From IMG/VR virus record IMGVR_UViG_3300037882_001264, positions 1-64,000 of that record: DNA of 64,000 nucleotides; one strand, given 5' to 3'. Shown piece after piece: positions 18,986 to 28,141 of this stretch (position 1 is its first letter; the number at the start of each line of letters is the position of its first letter). This DNA is from a virus. Below the pieces are notes generated by a model, which was given only the letters and a program-made list of their open reading frames with translations, was not told the DNA's origin and made no database searches. A program made the translations under genes and the position numbers.

Positions 18986-19167
18986 CGCTCCACCCCTATC
19001 TCCTCGAAGAACCTGTCCATGCCCTCGGGGGTCATCTCGAACGTGACCTTGACACCGAGGGACTCGATGATCACCGAGGTCTTACCCTCGGCGGCTGGTG
19101 GGATGGGCACCGGCTGGCCGTCGGCAATGATCTGGAGACGTGGCTGTGATGGATCTGGTGCGGTCAT
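18982..19167 (-). CDS. Hypothetical protein
   Basis: Coupled ORF. Confidence 0.55.
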   Translation of the reverse strand: MTAPDPSQPRLQIIADGQPVPIPPAAEGKTSVIIESLGVKVTFEMTPEGMDRFFEEIGVER

Positions 19168-19460
19168 GAGTTCTTCTCCACAACGTCGAGGATGAGCGGG
19201 GCCTTGGGTCGGTACACGAGGTTCGCGCCCACACCGAAGATAGCCTGGCTGGTCCAGCGGTGCAACTCCTCAGAGGACTGGAGGTAGACACGGGCCCACT
19301 TGGCCTGGCTGTTCCTGTCCATCGTGGGGAGCCCCTCCGCGATCACCTTGTAGCCCTGCTCGCGGTAGTACTCCTGCATGGCCTCGATCGAGACGGTGCG
19401 ATCCGCCTCGTAGACGGTTGGGTCTGTCCACCTCACGGTGACGTCGATGGTGTCGGTCAT
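19164..19460 (-). CDS. Hypothetical protein
   Basis: AGGAGG RBS; start MTDTIDV. Confidence 0.6.
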   Translation of the reverse strand: MTDTIDVTVRWTDPTVYEADRTVSIEAMQEYYREQGYKVIAEGLPTMDRNSQAKWARVYLQSSEELHRWTSQAIFGVGANLVYRPKAPLILDVVEKNS

Positions 19461-19933
19461 CACCCCTCCTTGACCAGGGTCAGGGCATCGTGAGGAGTGT
19501 AGAACTCGTCGCGACCGATTCCGTCTCGGGGGTCGCGGCTGATGGCGTAGGCGAGCACCTCGTTGCCAGCCGTCCATCCCCTCCACTGGGGGTCGACGAC
19601 GACGTACACAGCCTTGGACTCACGCCGCGTAGCCCACGCGCCGATGCCGCTGCCGGTGTAGGTGACGAGGTCTCCAGCCTTCAACGGGCGGGTGGGCTCC
19701 AGCCCCAGGTCCTGAAGGATCGGCGAGGGCTCACCCCTGGCGTACTGCTCCGCAAGAGCGTCCAGGCGTTCCAGGGCGTTGAGGGCGCGCTCTAGCGAGA
19801 TGTGGGCATTGTTCTGCCCCACTGCCGATCCGTCCAACTGGCCCAAGGCGACACGCAGGCTGGACAGTTCCAGCCCCAGGATGGCCATCGGCTCCCGGAT
19901 ATCAGCCACGAAGTCGCGGCGAGTGGTGGTCAT
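19460..19933 (-). CDS. Hypothetical protein
   Basis: Coupled ORF. Confidence 0.6.
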   Translation of the reverse strand: MTTTRRDFVADIREPMAILGLELSSLRVALGQLDGSAVGQNNAHISLERALNALERLDALAEQYARGEPSPILQDLGLEPTRPLKAGDLVTYTGSGIGAWATRRESKAVYVVVDPQWRGWTAGNEVLAYAISRDPRDGIGRDEFYTPHDALTLVKEG

Positions 19934-20577
19934 GGGATGTCCTCTCCAGCATCGAGCATCAGGGGCGAGGTAAAGGTGGCTGGGTCGAGCGCCAGGTGCT
20001 CGGAATGGCGAGCCACCATCGCCTCCAGGTCAGCACGAGCCTTGGTCACGGTGTTCTCGACGTGCTCAGCCACCGTCTTGGCAGCGTAGTCGACGTTGGG
20101 GGCCGAGTTGTCCAGGGCGATCCGCAGGGCCCTGATGTTGGCCTTGGTCGGCTTCTCCTCGACAGCAGCCAGCGCCTCCTTGGCACGCTCGAACATCTTG
20201 CCCGCAGTCTCGTGCGCGTAGTCGAATGACTGCTGGAGCCGGGGCTCGTACGGGATGTAGGGCAGAGACTTGTTGTCGATGGCAGAGATGGTCACGGGCA
20301 CGCCACTGGTGTTCGTCGAGGACACGAGCGCAGCCCACTGGGCCTCGCTCAGGTTGATCTCGATGAGTTCACGCCCACCGTGGATCCAGTCGTGGTTGAG
20401 TTCACGCATGCGCGTGGCTCGCTGGATAGTGAGGGTGACGTAGTGCCGGTGCTGGATCTCCGAGTCGAACATCACCTGCCCATGGCTGGCTGAGGTCCTG
20501 TGCACGGCGGCCATGCCGAAGGCTGGGTGGGTCTCGGAGCCGTCCTCGTTGACCTCGATCGGCTGAGTGTCACGCAT
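19930..20577 (-). CDS. Conserved phage hypothetical protein
   Basis: HPAFG...FDSEIQH...LSEAQWAALVSS.N..GVPVTI motif widespread in phages. Confidence 0.7.
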   Translation of the reverse strand: MRDTQPIEVNEDGSETHPAFGMAAVHRTSASHGQVMFDSEIQHRHYVTLTIQRATRMRELNHDWIHGGRELIEINLSEAQWAALVSSTNTSGVPVTISAIDNKSLPYIPYEPRLQQSFDYAHETAGKMFERAKEALAAVEEKPTKANIRALRIALDNSAPNVDYAAKTVAEHVENTVTKARADLEAMVARHSEHLALDPATFTSPLMLDAGEDIP

Positions 20578-20788
20578 AGTCGATCAGCCCCATGAGATTC
20601 TCGCCGACTGCGAGTGGGACAGCGATGAACATCTGGTCCCCCTCCTCGCGGAAGAGGACGTCCCCCTCGGGGATGTCCAGCAACTGCTCGATCTGCACGC
20701 ACACCTTGACGGCGCGCTCGCGGCGATCACGGCGGTCCTTCTCCTGCTGCTCGATGCGCTTCTGCGCGACAGTCTTGCGTGGCTTCAT
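20570..20788 (-). CDS. Hypothetical protein
   Basis: Start MKPRKTV after GGGAG. Confidence 0.55.
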   Translation of the reverse strand: MKPRKTVAQKRIEQQEKDRRDRRERAVKVCVQIEQLLDIPEGDVLFREEGDQMFIAVPLAVGENLMGLIDYA

Positions 20789-20790
20789 GA

Positions 20791-20889
20791 TCAGATTCTC
20801 CCTAGCAGGCGGATGACGGGCATGGGCAGGATGGGCAGGATGGGGTAGAGGGCCATGAAGAGCAGGCCGCGCAGGTAGGAGAGGATCAT
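20791..20889 (-). CDS. 32-aa hydrophobic peptide
   Basis: Hand translation MILSYLRGLLFMALYPILPILPMPVIRLLGRI; ATGA overlap; fills the gap exactly. Confidence 0.5.
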   Translation of the reverse strand: MILSYLRGLLFMALYPILPILPMPVIRLLGRI

Positions 20890-21152
20890 CGCACACCCCA
20901 GTACCGGACTGACTCCATCTTCCAGTCTGCCACACGCTCGATGAATCGTCGACCCTCACGCAAACCGCCGTCGCTGACAAACTCGACGTCAGCGTGGCGA
21001 GTCATGATGTAGAAGTCTTCGAGCCCGAGGTCGACCCGGTGACCCTCCCAGCGGAGGAGCCAGTCACCTGAGTCATCGGACTCGTAGATGCCCAGCCAGT
21101 CCTGGTCAGGGTCAACGACGACGACGTCTCCGTAGAGGTGCTCGGTGGCCAT
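20886..21152 (-). CDS. Hypothetical protein
   Basis: Coupled ORF. Confidence 0.6.
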   Translation of the reverse strand: MATEHLYGDVVVVDPDQDWLGIYESDDSGDWLLRWEGHRVDLGLEDFYIMTRHADVEFVSDGGLREGRRFIERVADWKMESVRYWGVR

Positions 21153-21382
21153 CAGATCGTCGCCTCCTGCACGTACTCGTGCGCCTCGGCTTCGAGGTAC
21201 TCGGCCAAGCGCACGGCCTCGCGAGCAGCGGCGAGGATGCTCTCGCGGAGCAGGGCTGCGATCCGGTCGTTGGTCAGGCCATCCTGCTTCTCGGTCTCGT
21301 AGGTCGCGATGGTGTTGGCGACCTTGCTCATGCCCTTGCGGGCCTTGATGGTGGCCTGGGCGATGCTCGTCATGGTCGCCAT
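21152..21382 (-). CDS. Hypothetical protein
   Basis: Coupled ORF. Confidence 0.6.
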   Translation of the reverse strand: MATMTSIAQATIKARKGMSKVANTIATYETEKQDGLTNDRIAALLRESILAAAREAVRLAEYLEAEAHEYVQEATI

Positions 21383-21735
21383 CAGACAGCCACCACTTCG
21401 GCGATGTACTTCGGGTTCAGACGGAAGGTCTTGTAGCCAGCCTTCTGCGTGAGGATCCGAGCGAGGGGCTGGCCACCACCGGAGAAGCCGGTCACCTGGA
21501 CGACTGCTCCCGAGAGGTACTTGGGGCTGATGCCCTCGACCAGGCGGACCTTGTCGTTGATCGCGACGTCGATGCCGATCGGGATGGGGTTGCGGACGGG
21601 GCGCGGGTTGGGGAAGGGCGCGTCGTCGTTCTCCGGGTACGTGTCCTGGCTGTTGGCGATCGTGGCGTCGATCTGGTCGCGCGCCTGGATCAGCGCTGCG
21701 GTCGACATCCTGTCGAGCATGGCCTGGTCGAGCAT
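21382..21735 (-). CDS. Hypothetical protein (SH3-like C-terminus)
   Basis: AGGAG RBS; start MLDQAML. Confidence 0.6.
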   Translation of the reverse strand: MLDQAMLDRMSTAALIQARDQIDATIANSQDTYPENDDAPFPNPRPVRNPIPIGIDVAINDKVRLVEGISPKYLSGAVVQVTGFSGGGQPLARILTQKAGYKTFRLNPKYIAEVVAV

Positions 21736-21756
21736 GGTGGCTCCTCGTGTCTCGTG

Positions 21757-21804
21757 GTCTCTGGCGTGTGGCATCAGTCTAGGGCATCAGCGAGGGCGTG
21801 TCAA
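21757..21804 (-). promoter_or_regulatory. SigA-type early promoter plus CGCCAGAGAC leader
   Basis: TTGACA-17-TAGACT. Confidence 0.75.
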
Positions 21805-22063
21805 GTCCATCAGCGGCCTCCTGGTCCTTGACTGGAGTGTGCTGCTCGATGGCGCTCTCGGTGATGATGGTCTGGGTCTTCACGACGCGCCAGGCCTTGT
21901 CGGGCTGCTTTCCCACAGCCTCAGCGTAGTGACCCCTGATGTACTCCTCGTCCTGGCTGGGGAAGGTCAGGTCGCTCCATACCCCCTCACCCTCAGCCCA
22001 CCAGGGCTCTTTCCAGACCTGGAGGCGGTACTCGTTGCGGTAGACGTTCCTCAGGTCGGGCAT
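21779..22063 (-). CDS. Hypothetical protein
   Basis: TGATG overlap start MPDLRNV. Confidence 0.55.
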   Translation of the reverse strand: MPDLRNVYRNEYRLQVWKEPWWAEGEGVWSDLTFPSQDEEYIRGHYAEAVGKQPDKAWRVVKTQTIITESAIEQHTPVKDQEAADGLDTPSLMP

Positions 22064-22260
22064 CACGCGGTCGCCTTCGAGGCGTTCAGGTCGGCTGCGG
22101 AGAGGGCGGCCATGACCATGGGCAGGTCGACGACCAGGATGTCGAGGTAGGAGATGCGACCGGTGCTCGACTCCAGGCGGAGCGAGACTTCCTTGTCGCT
22201 CATGCTGTAGACGGTGGCCTTGGCGGAGGTGGTGGTCTCTTCGGCGATGATGCTGGCCAT
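22063..22260 (-). CDS. Hypothetical protein
   Basis: AGGAG RBS after promoter. Confidence 0.6.
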   Translation of the reverse strand: MASIIAEETTTSAKATVYSMSDKEVSLRLESSTGRISYLDILVVDLPMVMAALSAADLNASKATA

Positions 22261-22275
22261 GGTGTGCTCCTCGTA

Positions 22276-22326
22276 TCTCTGGCGGCTGATGGGTAGAACA
22301 ATACGCTACCCCGAGCAGCATGTCAA
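22276..22326 (-). promoter_or_regulatory. SigA-type early promoter plus CCGCCAGAGA leader
   Basis: TTGACA-17-TATTGT. Confidence 0.75.
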
Positions 22327-22339
22327 GTCCTTGAGGCAA

Positions 22340-22576
22340 TCAATCTTGCACCTCGCATCGTGCATAGCAGTGCTCAGTCCAGTGGCCCTCACCGGCAGGG
22401 CAGAGATCGAGGCTGCGCCGGGCCTCCTCCAGACTGAGGAATGTCCCTGGCGACCGGACCCACATGGCGATGTCGTTCATGTTGTCGCGCACCCAGCGAC
22501 CATCGACGTTGCCCCAGTCAAGCCGGAAGGCGCTCCCGTACTCGGTGACTACCTGAGCGATCTCCTGTGCACTCAT
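22340..22576 (-). CDS. Hypothetical protein
   Basis: ATGA overlap start MSAQEI. Confidence 0.55.
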   Translation of the reverse strand: MSAQEIAQVVTEYGSAFRLDWGNVDGRWVRDNMNDIAMWVRSPGTFLSLEEARRSLDLCPAGEGHWTEHCYARCEVQD

Positions 22577-22911
22577 ACTGCCCTCGATCCTCTCAGGGTC
22601 CACCGGTTTGCATCCTCGTGCTGGCACTTGGTGAGCCTGTCGTCGAACGTGTTGCTACCGCAGACGAACTCGAACAGGCCAGGGTGCTCATCGTGCTGGC
22701 CCTGGGGTGGCATGCGCCCATGCTCGCCGTACTGCTTCGCGAGGCGCTTGTGCCTCCTCTTGGCCCGGCGTTCCTCGCGACGCCACTTGCCCTGGTATCG
22801 CCAGTCGGTGTTCCAGTACAGGATCCATGCCATGCGCAGGCTCGCGAGCAGGGGGAGCAGCAGCATGCCCATGAGTAGCCAGAGCAACTGGTCGGGGATG
22901 GTGACGGTCAT
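22573..22911 (-). CDS. Membrane-anchored hypothetical protein
   Basis: N-terminal hydrophobic helix. Confidence 0.55.
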   Translation of the reverse strand: MTVTIPDQLLWLLMGMLLLPLLASLRMAWILYWNTDWRYQGKWRREERRAKRRHKRLAKQYGEHGRMPPQGQHDEHPGLFEFVCGSNTFDDRLTKCQHEDANRWTLRGSRAV

Positions 22912-23126
22912 GCGACACCCCATGGGTCGTGCGGCTCGAATCCAGAGACGGTGCGCAGGCAGGTCTCTTCGTGCCCTGGAAGGAGGAAGCAGAACAGTTG
23001 GCGACCAAGGAACTCTCCTCGCGACCCGCACTTGTCATGCGCCTCTCGCAGGTGCGCGGAGAAGTCGTCGTCGCTCGTCTCACGGCTACGCATCTCGGGG
23101 TGGTCGCACTCATGCAACTCGGTCAT
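22908..23126 (-). CDS. Hypothetical Cys/His protein
   Basis: Coupled ORF. Confidence 0.5.
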   Translation of the reverse strand: MTELHECDHPEMRSRETSDDDFSAHLREAHDKCGSRGEFLGRQLFCFLLPGHEETCLRTVSGFEPHDPWGVA

Positions 23127-23341
23127 GCGACCCCCTCGAACAGTTCGGGGTGGACGTTGCGCCCATCGGACTCGCAGAGTGCTCCGCGCTGCCAGTGGCC
23201 TGTGCCGACGTCGCCATCGTTCGGCGTGGCCCTGACCTCGACGTAGGTCATGCCGGGCCAGATGCGATGGTCAGCAGCCCAGGTGCCATCGTTGAGGCAG
23301 TGGTGGCTCTTGCGAGCACGACGCAGGTTGGCGATGATCAT
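23123..23341 (-). CDS. Small zinc-binding-like protein
   Basis: RRARKSHHC...IWPGMTY pattern common in phages. Confidence 0.55.
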   Translation of the reverse strand: MIIANLRRARKSHHCLNDGTWAADHRIWPGMTYVEVRATPNDGDVGTGHWQRGALCESDGRNVHPELFEGVA

Positions 23342-23838
23342 GCCTCCCCCAGGGCCTCGTCGAGCGCGTCCGCCAGCACCAGGTAGTCGCCATCGCGGTT
23401 GTACCGAGCCAGAGCCGCCCTCACTGCGCCGAGCGTGGCTCGATCAGCAAAGCGATCCCGATGCTCCTCCTGGGCCAGGATGCGGGTCTGTCGTTCCCAC
23501 TCGGCCTTCTCGGCAGCGTGAGCGGCCACCAACTCATCGACGGCCTCGTTGGCCATCCGCAGTTGGTCGATGTAGCCGTCGAGCAGGGCGGCGTGACGGA
23601 CAGCCATGGGGTCGATGACCTCTCGACGCAGATCAGACACGGCCTCGGCCTTGTCCGCATCGCTGCACGGCGGCATCCACCACGAGATCGTCTCGTCGCT
23701 CACGTCGGCGGTCGGGAGCACCGCGACCACAGCGCGGGCGAGCGTCAACGCCTCTGTCGATGTCAGCGAAGGTGTTGCCGGGTCGTCCCATGCGCCGTCA
23801 ATCAGCGCCTCAGCGATCCGTTCTTCCAGCGTGGTCAC
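23338..23838 (-). CDS. Hypothetical protein
   Basis: Coupled ORF. Confidence 0.6.
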   Translation of the reverse strand: MTTLEERIAEALIDGAWDDPATPSLTSTEALTLARAVVAVLPTADVSDETISWWMPPCSDADKAEAVSDLRREVIDPMAVRHAALLDGYIDQLRMANEAVDELVAAHAAEKAEWERQTRILAQEEHRDRFADRATLGAVRAALARYNRDGDYLVLADALDEALGEA

Positions 23839-24068
23839 ACCGCACCTCCATCTGGCTGGCCATCGTTGACGACCTCGTTGTCTTCATCGTCCAGATGCCA
23901 GCAGCCCGAGCAGTAGTCCCCAGAACCAATGGCCGTCCAGCCCGAGTCGTCAGCCTCATCGCGAGCGCTTGCTGGCTCGGCCCAGGCACTGAACTCGCTA
24001 GCCTCCGTAGACTTGGCCCCGCAGCGGTTGCACTCCAGCCAGTAGTACGGCGCGCTCTTGATGCTCAT
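23835..24068 (-). CDS. Small zinc-finger protein
   Basis: CNRC...GW...DYCSGC. Confidence 0.6.
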   Translation of the reverse strand: MSIKSAPYYWLECNRCGAKSTEASEFSAWAEPASARDEADDSGWTAIGSGDYCSGCWHLDDEDNEVVNDGQPDGGAV

Positions 24069-24655
24069 GCCTCACCTCTCTGGGGGACCTGGAACTGGGT
24101 GAAGAAGGGCTTGCGCATCTCAGCGAACCACATCTGGTTGCCGTTGCGCGACCCGATGGTGATGGGCAAGTTCGGCACTCCCCCGTCGAACCAGCGCTCA
24201 TCGACGTAGATGTCCTCCACCGACAACTCGATGTACGTCGCACGCTCAGTCGAGGAGTGGTCGAGGTAGAGGCACCGAATGGCCTGCACGGCCTCCTGAA
24301 TGGCCCCATCCTCGGCGTAGGTGAAGGGGTTGAGCGCATTGCGCTCGTCAGCGCTCAGGAACGGGTTGCCCAACTGGGTAATGGCCTCGATGCGCTCGCG
24401 ACTGTCGAACTCGACGTAGTTGAGTGTGCAAGAGCCTTGGTAGATGATGTTGTCGGCCGTGGCAGCGTTCAGCCTGGTGACCAGGGTGATGGTGGGGTTG
24501 CTGCCCTCGATGTCCTGGGGCATCACCAACTGGTAGGGGCGCAGGATCCTCTTGCCGCTCCAGTGATGCTGGCTCGACACCAGGGCGAACGAGGAGGCGA
24601 AGAAGGAGTCGCGCTGGTACCAGTTGTTCCGGATGCGCTCTCGTCTCTTGAGCAT
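24065..24655 (-). CDS. Hypothetical protein
   Basis: 196-aa ORF. Confidence 0.6.
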   Translation of the reverse strand: MLKRRERIRNNWYQRDSFFASSFALVSSQHHWSGKRILRPYQLVMPQDIEGSNPTITLVTRLNAATADNIIYQGSCTLNYVEFDSRERIEAITQLGNPFLSADERNALNPFTYAEDGAIQEAVQAIRCLYLDHSSTERATYIELSVEDIYVDERWFDGGVPNLPITIGSRNGNQMWFAEMRKPFFTQFQVPQRGEA

Positions 24656-24658
24656 CAG

Positions 24659-24886
24659 TCAGTTCTCTCTCTCGGGGTGCCAGCCGATAGTATCGATCCC
24701 CAGCAGGTCTGTCAAGGCGTGCCCACAGGCGTGGCACAGGTCGACGTAGAGCAGCCCCTCCAGCGAGTCGTAGAACTCACCGTAGGAGCCGCTGAGCGCC
24801 ACGGTGAGCCCCCTGTCGCTGTTGAAGGGGTGCAGGTAGGGGATCGGCTCCTTGCAGCGCCTGCAAGGCGTCAGGGCGCTAGGCAT
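24659..24886 (-). CDS. Small zinc-finger protein
   Basis: CRRC...GSYGEFYD...LCHAC. Confidence 0.6.
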   Translation of the reverse strand: MPSALTPCRRCKEPIPYLHPFNSDRGLTVALSGSYGEFYDSLEGLLYVDLCHACGHALTDLLGIDTIGWHPEREN

Positions 24887-25250
24887 TGCTCCCCTTCGCG
24901 TCCTGGTACTTAGCGGCGAAGTCGGAGTGCGACATGCGCTCCTTGAGGACCGTGAAGCCGTACGCGCCAGGCTTCGTGTTCTCGATGACCAGGACTTCGT
25001 GATCGTATACTGACTGCGAGGCTAGGAGTTCGCCCTCCAGATACGCCTCCAGCGTGAGGCATTGGGCCACCGTGGATTCCGGGTAGAACGATACCGTGAG
25101 GACGAAGTTGTACGGAGTCTCTTCGTTCAGGTCGATCGGCATCTTGGGTTCCAGCAGGCGGCGGAGTCCGTCCAGGGTTTCGTCGAAATGGATGTGACCG
25201 AGGGCGCGGAACGGGACGGCCTCCAGGGTGGACCGGGGCTCAATCTTCAC
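24879..25250 (-). CDS. Hypothetical protein
   Basis: AGGAGG RBS. Confidence 0.6.
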   Translation of the reverse strand: MKIEPRSTLEAVPFRALGHIHFDETLDGLRRLLEPKMPIDLNEETPYNFVLTVSFYPESTVAQCLTLEAYLEGELLASQSVYDHEVLVIENTKPGAYGFTVLKERMSHSDFAAKYQDAKGSNA

Positions 25251-25521
25251 TGCTCTCCTCCTTTGAGTACTTCTGGCGGACCTCGTCGAGCCTGGTGGCT
25301 ACCTGCTCGAATGGGATGGTGAACTGAGCATACGCTCGGCGGGGGTCCTCGTCCACCAGATCGATCATCATCCCTGCCGTCCCGCGAGCGTCTCGTGCAG
25401 CCACCTCGGCGAAGTAGTCGACGACCTCCTCGCGATCAGCGTCGTACACGATGATGTCATCCACGATCGTCGACCAGATGAGGTAGCGCCCATCAGGCTG
25501 CTTGATGATCTGGTGAGCCAT
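25240..25521 (-). CDS. Conserved phage hypothetical protein
   Basis: MAHQIIKQPDGRYLIWSTIVD start. Confidence 0.65.
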   Translation of the reverse strand: MAHQIIKQPDGRYLIWSTIVDDIIVYDADREEVVDYFAEVAARDARGTAGMMIDLVDEDPRRAYAQFTIPFEQVATRLDEVRQKYSKEESSED

Positions 25522-25928
25522 CAGATCCTCCACTGAGCGGTGATGGTCCACCCGAGGATGAGGTCGACCCCGCTGGTGGGGGTGCCGCTGCTCGGGTTGA
25601 GGTTGACCGGCTCGAAGGCGACCTCAGCGGTGTCAGGCATGCCGTAGCGCTCCGCGAACATCCCCAGGGCGTAGTTGATGCCACGGGCGTCCAGGGCAGC
25701 CACGGTCAGGCGAGCGGTGTGGATCTGCCGCTCCTTGTGATCTGCTGTGGCCTTCAGGGCGGCCTCTGCTGCCTCACGGTCGCTGACGGCCTGCCTGATG
25801 ATGGCACGAGCGTCCTCGACAGCCTTCAACATCCCGGGCCCCTGCCCTTCCAGGATGTTGCTGACCCCGCTCAGGCGGTGGTCGAGTTCCCAGGTGGCTA
25901 GTGGGGTGGTGGGGGCTTGACTGGTCAC
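25521..25928 (-). CDS. Hypothetical protein
   Basis: GAGGAG RBS before GTG. Confidence 0.6.
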   Translation of the reverse strand: MTSQAPTTPLATWELDHRLSGVSNILEGQGPGMLKAVEDARAIIRQAVSDREAAEAALKATADHKERQIHTARLTVAALDARGINYALGMFAERYGMPDTAEVAFEPVNLNPSSGTPTSGVDLILGWTITAQWRI

Positions 25929-26045
25929 GGTGGGCTCCTCAGTGTGTGAGTATGCAGGGTAGTGCATGGGTATGCAGTTCGTCGAGTTATCTGTAGGTTT
26001 GCCTAAACCCTACCTGTAGTTTGGTGATAGGTAGGGTGTAGGTGA

Positions 26046-26516
26046 CTAGCCCAGGTAGTCCGAGATGATCTTGGCTACCCCGTACATCGCCAGACCGACG
26101 AAGATGGCTGACCCCCAGATGGTGGCCATGGCCTTGATGGTGCGATTGCGCTGGGACCTCTTGATGGCCTTCAGGCGCTTGTTTGCCTGCCTCTCGAACT
26201 CCTGCTGGTACAGGTGGTCGATCTGCCCTGCGAGGTTCGGGTAGCGGTCAGAGAGGTACTGGACCTGCTGTGCGATCCCCTGCTGCATCTCGATCATGAT
26301 CTGGTACTGGGTCAGGATGATCTCGCGAGACTCCTGCGCGTAGAGGCCTGCCTTCCTGAGACGATCCTTGACGTCGTCCAGGGTGGAGGTGACTCCCGAG
26401 GATCCTGAGATGGAGGGTGCCCATACGGGGCCCACTTCACCCCCGCGATCCCCGTGAGATCCTGGCAGCCCCTGGGCCCCCTGGAAGTCATGCTCGCTGC
26501 TTGTGCCTACACCCAT
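26046..26516 (-). CDS. Coiled-coil protein with C-terminal TM helix
   Basis: Hydrophobic C-terminus IWGSAIFVGLAMYGVAKII. Confidence 0.55.
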   Translation of the reverse strand: MGVGTSSEHDFQGAQGLPGSHGDRGGEVGPVWAPSISGSSGVTSTLDDVKDRLRKAGLYAQESREIILTQYQIMIEMQQGIAQQVQYLSDRYPNLAGQIDHLYQQEFERQANKRLKAIKRSQRNRTIKAMATIWGSAIFVGLAMYGVAKIISDYLG

Positions 26517-26902
26517 GATGCGTCCCCTCCCTGGGGCTCGGCGACTTGCTCGTCTGTGGTGATGGTGACTCCAGCCAACTGGGCCCCCAGGAGGGCGCTG
26601 AGGACCATGTCCGCGTTGTCGACCATGACCTGGACCCCCTCGCGCGGGAGGACCTGCTCAGGGCTGAACCTGACGTCGACAACGCTGACCACGGGGATCC
26701 CATAGCGCTGGAAGTTCTCGTAGCGCAGGAGGCCGAAGGCCTTACCCCTGACGATCTCCCTGACGCGCCTGGACTCGGACTCATTGGCGACCAGGAGGGC
26801 TCGTGTCCATCCTAGGCTGTTCGAGGCCCTGTCGCCCTCCAGGAGCCACTCGATGGCCTCAGTGGTCTTACCACCCCCTCGGGGGCGGGTGACGATCTTC
26901 AT
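26507..26902 (-). CDS. Small P-loop NTPase-like protein
   Basis: Walker A RGGGKT; Walker-B-like VMVDNAD. Confidence 0.6.
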   Translation of the reverse strand: MKIVTRPRGGGKTTEAIEWLLEGDRASNSLGWTRALLVANESESRRVREIVRGKAFGLLRYENFQRYGIPVVSVVDVRFSPEQVLPREGVQVMVDNADMVLSALLGAQLAGVTITTDEQVAEPQGGDASWV

Positions 26903-27114
26903 GCTTCCTCCCAGGAGCACTCCATGTCGACCCCGCCATTGCCAGGCGAGGAGTCTTTGCTCACCTCGATGTCGACGCGAGCCCCGGGTGTCGCCCCGTG
27001 ACCCCGGCAGAACTCGAAGAAGCCCTCGATCTCAGCGATCGTCGGCAGGGACGGCAGAGTCCGCGAGATGCTGATCGTTGCCTTGCGCACGGGGCGAGTC
27101 GCTGCGGGGCTCAC
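26899..27114 (-). CDS. Hypothetical protein
   Basis: GTGA overlap start. Confidence 0.5.
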   Translation of the reverse strand: MSPAATRPVRKATISISRTLPSLPTIAEIEGFFEFCRGHGATPGARVDIEVSKDSSPGNGGVDMECSWEEA

Positions 27115-27323
27115 AACTTGCCATCCAATCCGAGGCCGAAGCCCCCGGCAACCAGCCCGACGATGACCAGCACCACGCCGGTCTCGCCTAGGTTCTGTCC
27201 CAGGCTGGGCGAGATGCTGTCCATCCAGATGCCGACAAACGACATGATTAGGATGGCGCTGGCACAGAGGGCAGCGATGGTGAGCAGCGCGATGCGCGCC
27301 ACTCGGCGCGATGCGGGACTCAT
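27111..27323 (-). CDS. Small membrane protein (2 TM)
   Basis: Two hydrophobic segments. Confidence 0.6.
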   Translation of the reverse strand: MSPASRRVARIALLTIAALCASAILIMSFVGIWMDSISPSLGQNLGETGVVLVIVGLVAGGFGLGLDGKL

Positions 27324-27649
27324 GCGTCACCACCGGGGATGAAGATGATCTTGCCGTCGCTGATGTCGCCCCAGGTCGCGTATTCCGGCTGCATGTAGTG
27401 GTCCCAGCAGCGCACGTCGCTGTCAGTGAATCGCGTGTACGCCAACCCGTCCTTGACGACGACGCTGCCCACAGGGGGCTCAGTGGGTTCGACACGGGTG
27501 AGGTCGGAGACGAACTCCCAGACGATCTCCCGCGTGGCAGTCTCCCAAGCGACCTCGACAGCGGGCGCGTCGACCCCGACGCCCGAGGTGACGACAGTCC
27601 CCAAGGAGGCTCGCGCGACTCGGTCACCAACGCGGAGCGGGCGGTTCAT
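27320..27649 (-). CDS. Hypothetical protein (paralogue of 13896..14201)
   Basis: EPPVGSVVVKDG...WGDISDGKIIF. Confidence 0.65.
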   Translation of the reverse strand: MNRPLRVGDRVARASLGTVVTSGVGVDAPAVEVAWETATREIVWEFVSDLTRVEPTEPPVGSVVVKDGLAYTRFTDSDVRCWDHYMQPEYATWGDISDGKIIFIPGGDA

Positions 27650-27924
27650 GTCAGCACCTTTCCGGTCGAGCCGTGGGGCAGGAGGGCCGTGGGATCGTCC
27701 AGGTCGACGATGTCCTTGAACGTGTCGGGATCCGGGATGAACCAGTAGGCGTCGTCGATGCGCCGGATCTCTCCGACTTTGCCACCGCCCTCGTCAGTGA
27801 GGACGACAGGGCCATCGACGAAGACGATCCCGCTGTGCCCCTGCTCTTCGAGGCGCTTGTCCTGCTTCTCCAGGTCCTTGAGGATCAGGGCGATGTCGTT
27901 GAGGTAGTACGAGGACATCATCAT
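27646..27924 (-). CDS. Hypothetical protein
   Basis: Coupled ORF. Confidence 0.6.
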   Translation of the reverse strand: MMMSSYYLNDIALILKDLEKQDKRLEEQGHSGIVFVDGPVVLTDEGGGKVGEIRRIDDAYWFIPDPDTFKDIVDLDDPTALLPHGSTGKVLT

Positions 27925-28139
27925 GAGATCTCCCCGCGATCTAGCAACTCCCCGAGAGCCTCCTGGAGGGCCCTGACGTCTCGGTGGTCGACCTGCATGT
28001 CGGCGACCATGGACCCGTTGACGATGATGGTGAACATGGCCATGCAGTCTTCCTGCTGCGCCTGACTGACGACCAGCGCGAAGGTGGCGCCCGATCGATC
28101 AGACTTCTCCGAGATCACCAACTGCTTCTCATTGGCCAT
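27921..28139 (-). CDS. Hypothetical protein
   Basis: Coupled ORF. Confidence 0.55.
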   Translation of the reverse strand: MANEKQLVISEKSDRSGATFALVVSQAQQEDCMAMFTIIVNGSMVADMQVDHRDVRALQEALGELLDRGEIS

Positions 28140-28141
28140 GA

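Noticed and set aside
25271-25279. Extra CCGCCAGA upstream of the 25250 start
   Set aside because: Lies within coding sequence, has no associated promoter and is only an 8-nt match; may be chance.
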